Positions 38,343 to 39,575 of a DNA stretch of 39,575 nucleotides are shown in pieces. Source of the DNA: Candidatus Staskawiczbacteria bacterium. Lineage in GTDB: Bacteria > Patescibacteriota > Minisyncoccia > Minisyncoccales > Staskawiczbacteraceae. The notes below the pieces were generated by a model. It did not search any database. It saw only the letters and a list, made by a program, of their open reading frames with translations, and was not told the DNA's origin. The position numbers and the translations under genes are program-made. The stretch lies in contig CALRFZ010000002.1 in NCBI GenBank assembly GCA_943357015.1, positions 1 to 39,575 of the forward strand, in the 5' to 3' direction. The number at the start of each line of letters is the position of its first letter. Positions within the stretch are counted from its first letter, which is position 1.

Positions 38343-39164
38343 GTGAATAAAATGAATGCAAAAATAAAGGGTATTAAACCCTGTGTCGCCTGCGACGTTC
38401 GTGCACAAACGCATCACAATGTGTTTGTGCACTCACTATCCTGGGCAATAAAGAATTTTTTACTAGAAATTTTCTTCCCTTCTTTTTGTTTGGGTTGTAA
38501 AACTGAAGGAACTTTACTGTGTCAGGATTGCCAAGCCACACTAGAAATTTTGCAATATAATTATTGCCTCTGCAATAAAAATCCTCTACGACTAGCGCCA
38601 AATGAAAAAAATAGTAAATGCCAGCGTTGCCAAGATAAAAAACTAGCAGGAATTTACACTGCCTTATCCTACAAAGAAAAATTTTTAACCAAAAAATTAA
38701 TCCATCAATTTAAATATTCTCCTTACATAAAAACTTTAGCCAAGCCACTGGCAAAAATAATCACGGAACACTTACTAATAACCCAAAAAAATACTGAACA
38801 AATTTGGGCCAATAGCATTTTAGTGCCAGTGCCAATGGAAGTTTCTGGTCAAAAGTCTCGCGGTTACAGCCAAACCCAAATTCTAACTAAAGAGCTGGGA
38901 CATTTAATAAATGTCCCAGCAGTATTTGACTCATTGATCAAGATAAGAAAAACTCTACCCCAAATGAAGCTTTCCGCCAAAGATCGCGCCCAAAATCTTA
39001 AAGACGCTTTTGCCGTAAAAAATTCTCGCCAGATTAGTGGTAAAAAAATATTTTTAGTTGATGATGTCTACACCACAGGATCTACCATGGAAGAATGTGC
39101 CAAAACTTTAAAATCCGCCGGCGCTAAGCAAGTCTTTGGCATTACTATTGCCAGAGAAGAATAA
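38343..39164 (+). CDS. comF: ComF family protein (Zn ribbon plus phosphoribosyltransferase fold); start uncertain
   Basis: CxxC repeats, RGYSQ and LVDDVYTTGST motifs. Confidence 0.92.
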   Translation: MNKMNAKIKGIKPCVACDVRAQTHHNVFVHSLSWAIKNFLLEIFFPSFCLGCKTEGTLLCQDCQATLEILQYNYCLCNKNPLRLAPNEKNSKCQRCQDKKLAGIYTALSYKEKFLTKKLIHQFKYSPYIKTLAKPLAKIITEHLLITQKNTEQIWANSILVPVPMEVSGQKSRGYSQTQILTKELGHLINVPAVFDSLIKIRKTLPQMKLSAKDRAQNLKDAFAVKNSRQISGKKIFLVDDVYTTGSTMEECAKTLKSAGAKQVFGITIAREE

Positions 39165-39175
39165 TTTTAAGCATA

Positions 39176-39203
39176 TTGCTTCTTGCTTAGCTTATGCTAG
39201 AGT
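39176..39203 (+). promoter_or_regulatory. Putative promoter TTGCTT-16-TAGAGT with extended TG
   Basis: 38 nt upstream of the rbfA ATG. Confidence 0.4.
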
Positions 39204-39241
39204 AAACTCAATTGTTAAATTTTTAACAGAATTAAAATTCT

Positions 39242-39575
39242 ATGTCTGACAGACTTTCTAAAGTCAATTCTCTTTTAGCTCACGAAATTAGCAAAATAAT
39301 TGCTCAGGATTTTGAATTTTCTGGCGGTATTATTACCTTAACCCACGTTGACGCCACGGCCAACTTAATTGAAGCTCGCGTATATATTTCTGTTTTACCC
39401 GAAGAAAAAACTGATTTAGCTGTTAAGGCATTAAATAATGATGTTTACAGTATTCAGCAAAAATTAAACAAAACACTTAATATGCGACCAGTTCCCAGAA
39501 TTAAATTTATCAAAGATGCAATTTTGGTTGAGGCAGCCAGAATTGAAGAGCTATTGGCAACATTGAAAAAAGAAG
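39242..39575 (+). CDS. rbfA: Ribosome-binding factor A, truncated by the window end; not in the ORF track
   Basis: Manual translation MSDRLSKVNSLLAHEISKII..ITLTHVD..ARVYISV..LNMRPVPRIKFIKD. Confidence 0.9.
   Translation, partial: MSDRLSKVNSLLAHEISKIIAQDFEFSGGIITLTHVDATANLIEARVYISVLPEEKTDLAVKALNNDVYSIQQKLNKTLNMRPVPRIKFIKDAILVEAARIEELLATLKKE

Overview
AT-rich chromosomal segment of a Patescibacteria (CPR) genome, most likely Parcubacteria. This is inferred from the compact RpoB/RpoC, cupin-type PGI, secG next to an orphan family-5 binding protein, a type IV pilus cluster without secretin, and mostly SD-less genes. Housekeeping content: uvrC, secG, rnj, trpS, manB, rpsF-ssb-rpsR, recA, ftsK, rpoBC, rodA, ligA, comF, partial rbfA and tRNA-Leu(CAG), plus a pilM-N-O-?-B-T-C-A-D cluster with four minor pilins. 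Two things are not explained by the gene list. (1) A GC-rich insert between ftsK and rpoC encodes a 187-aa protein whose C-terminus looks like a diversity-generating-retroelement (DGR) variable region. It has its own promoter, a structured leader, a 3' hairpin and two coupled micro-ORFs, but no RT or template repeat is visible in the window. (2) A pervasive set of 7-nt-period repeat arrays forms about 100-150 bp imperfect palindromes in many spacers. These recur as dispersed near-identical copies, supply start and stop codons, sit in frame inside conserved proteins and pilin leaders, and form nested inverted pairs around the pilin genes. All calls are by eye; no database search was run.
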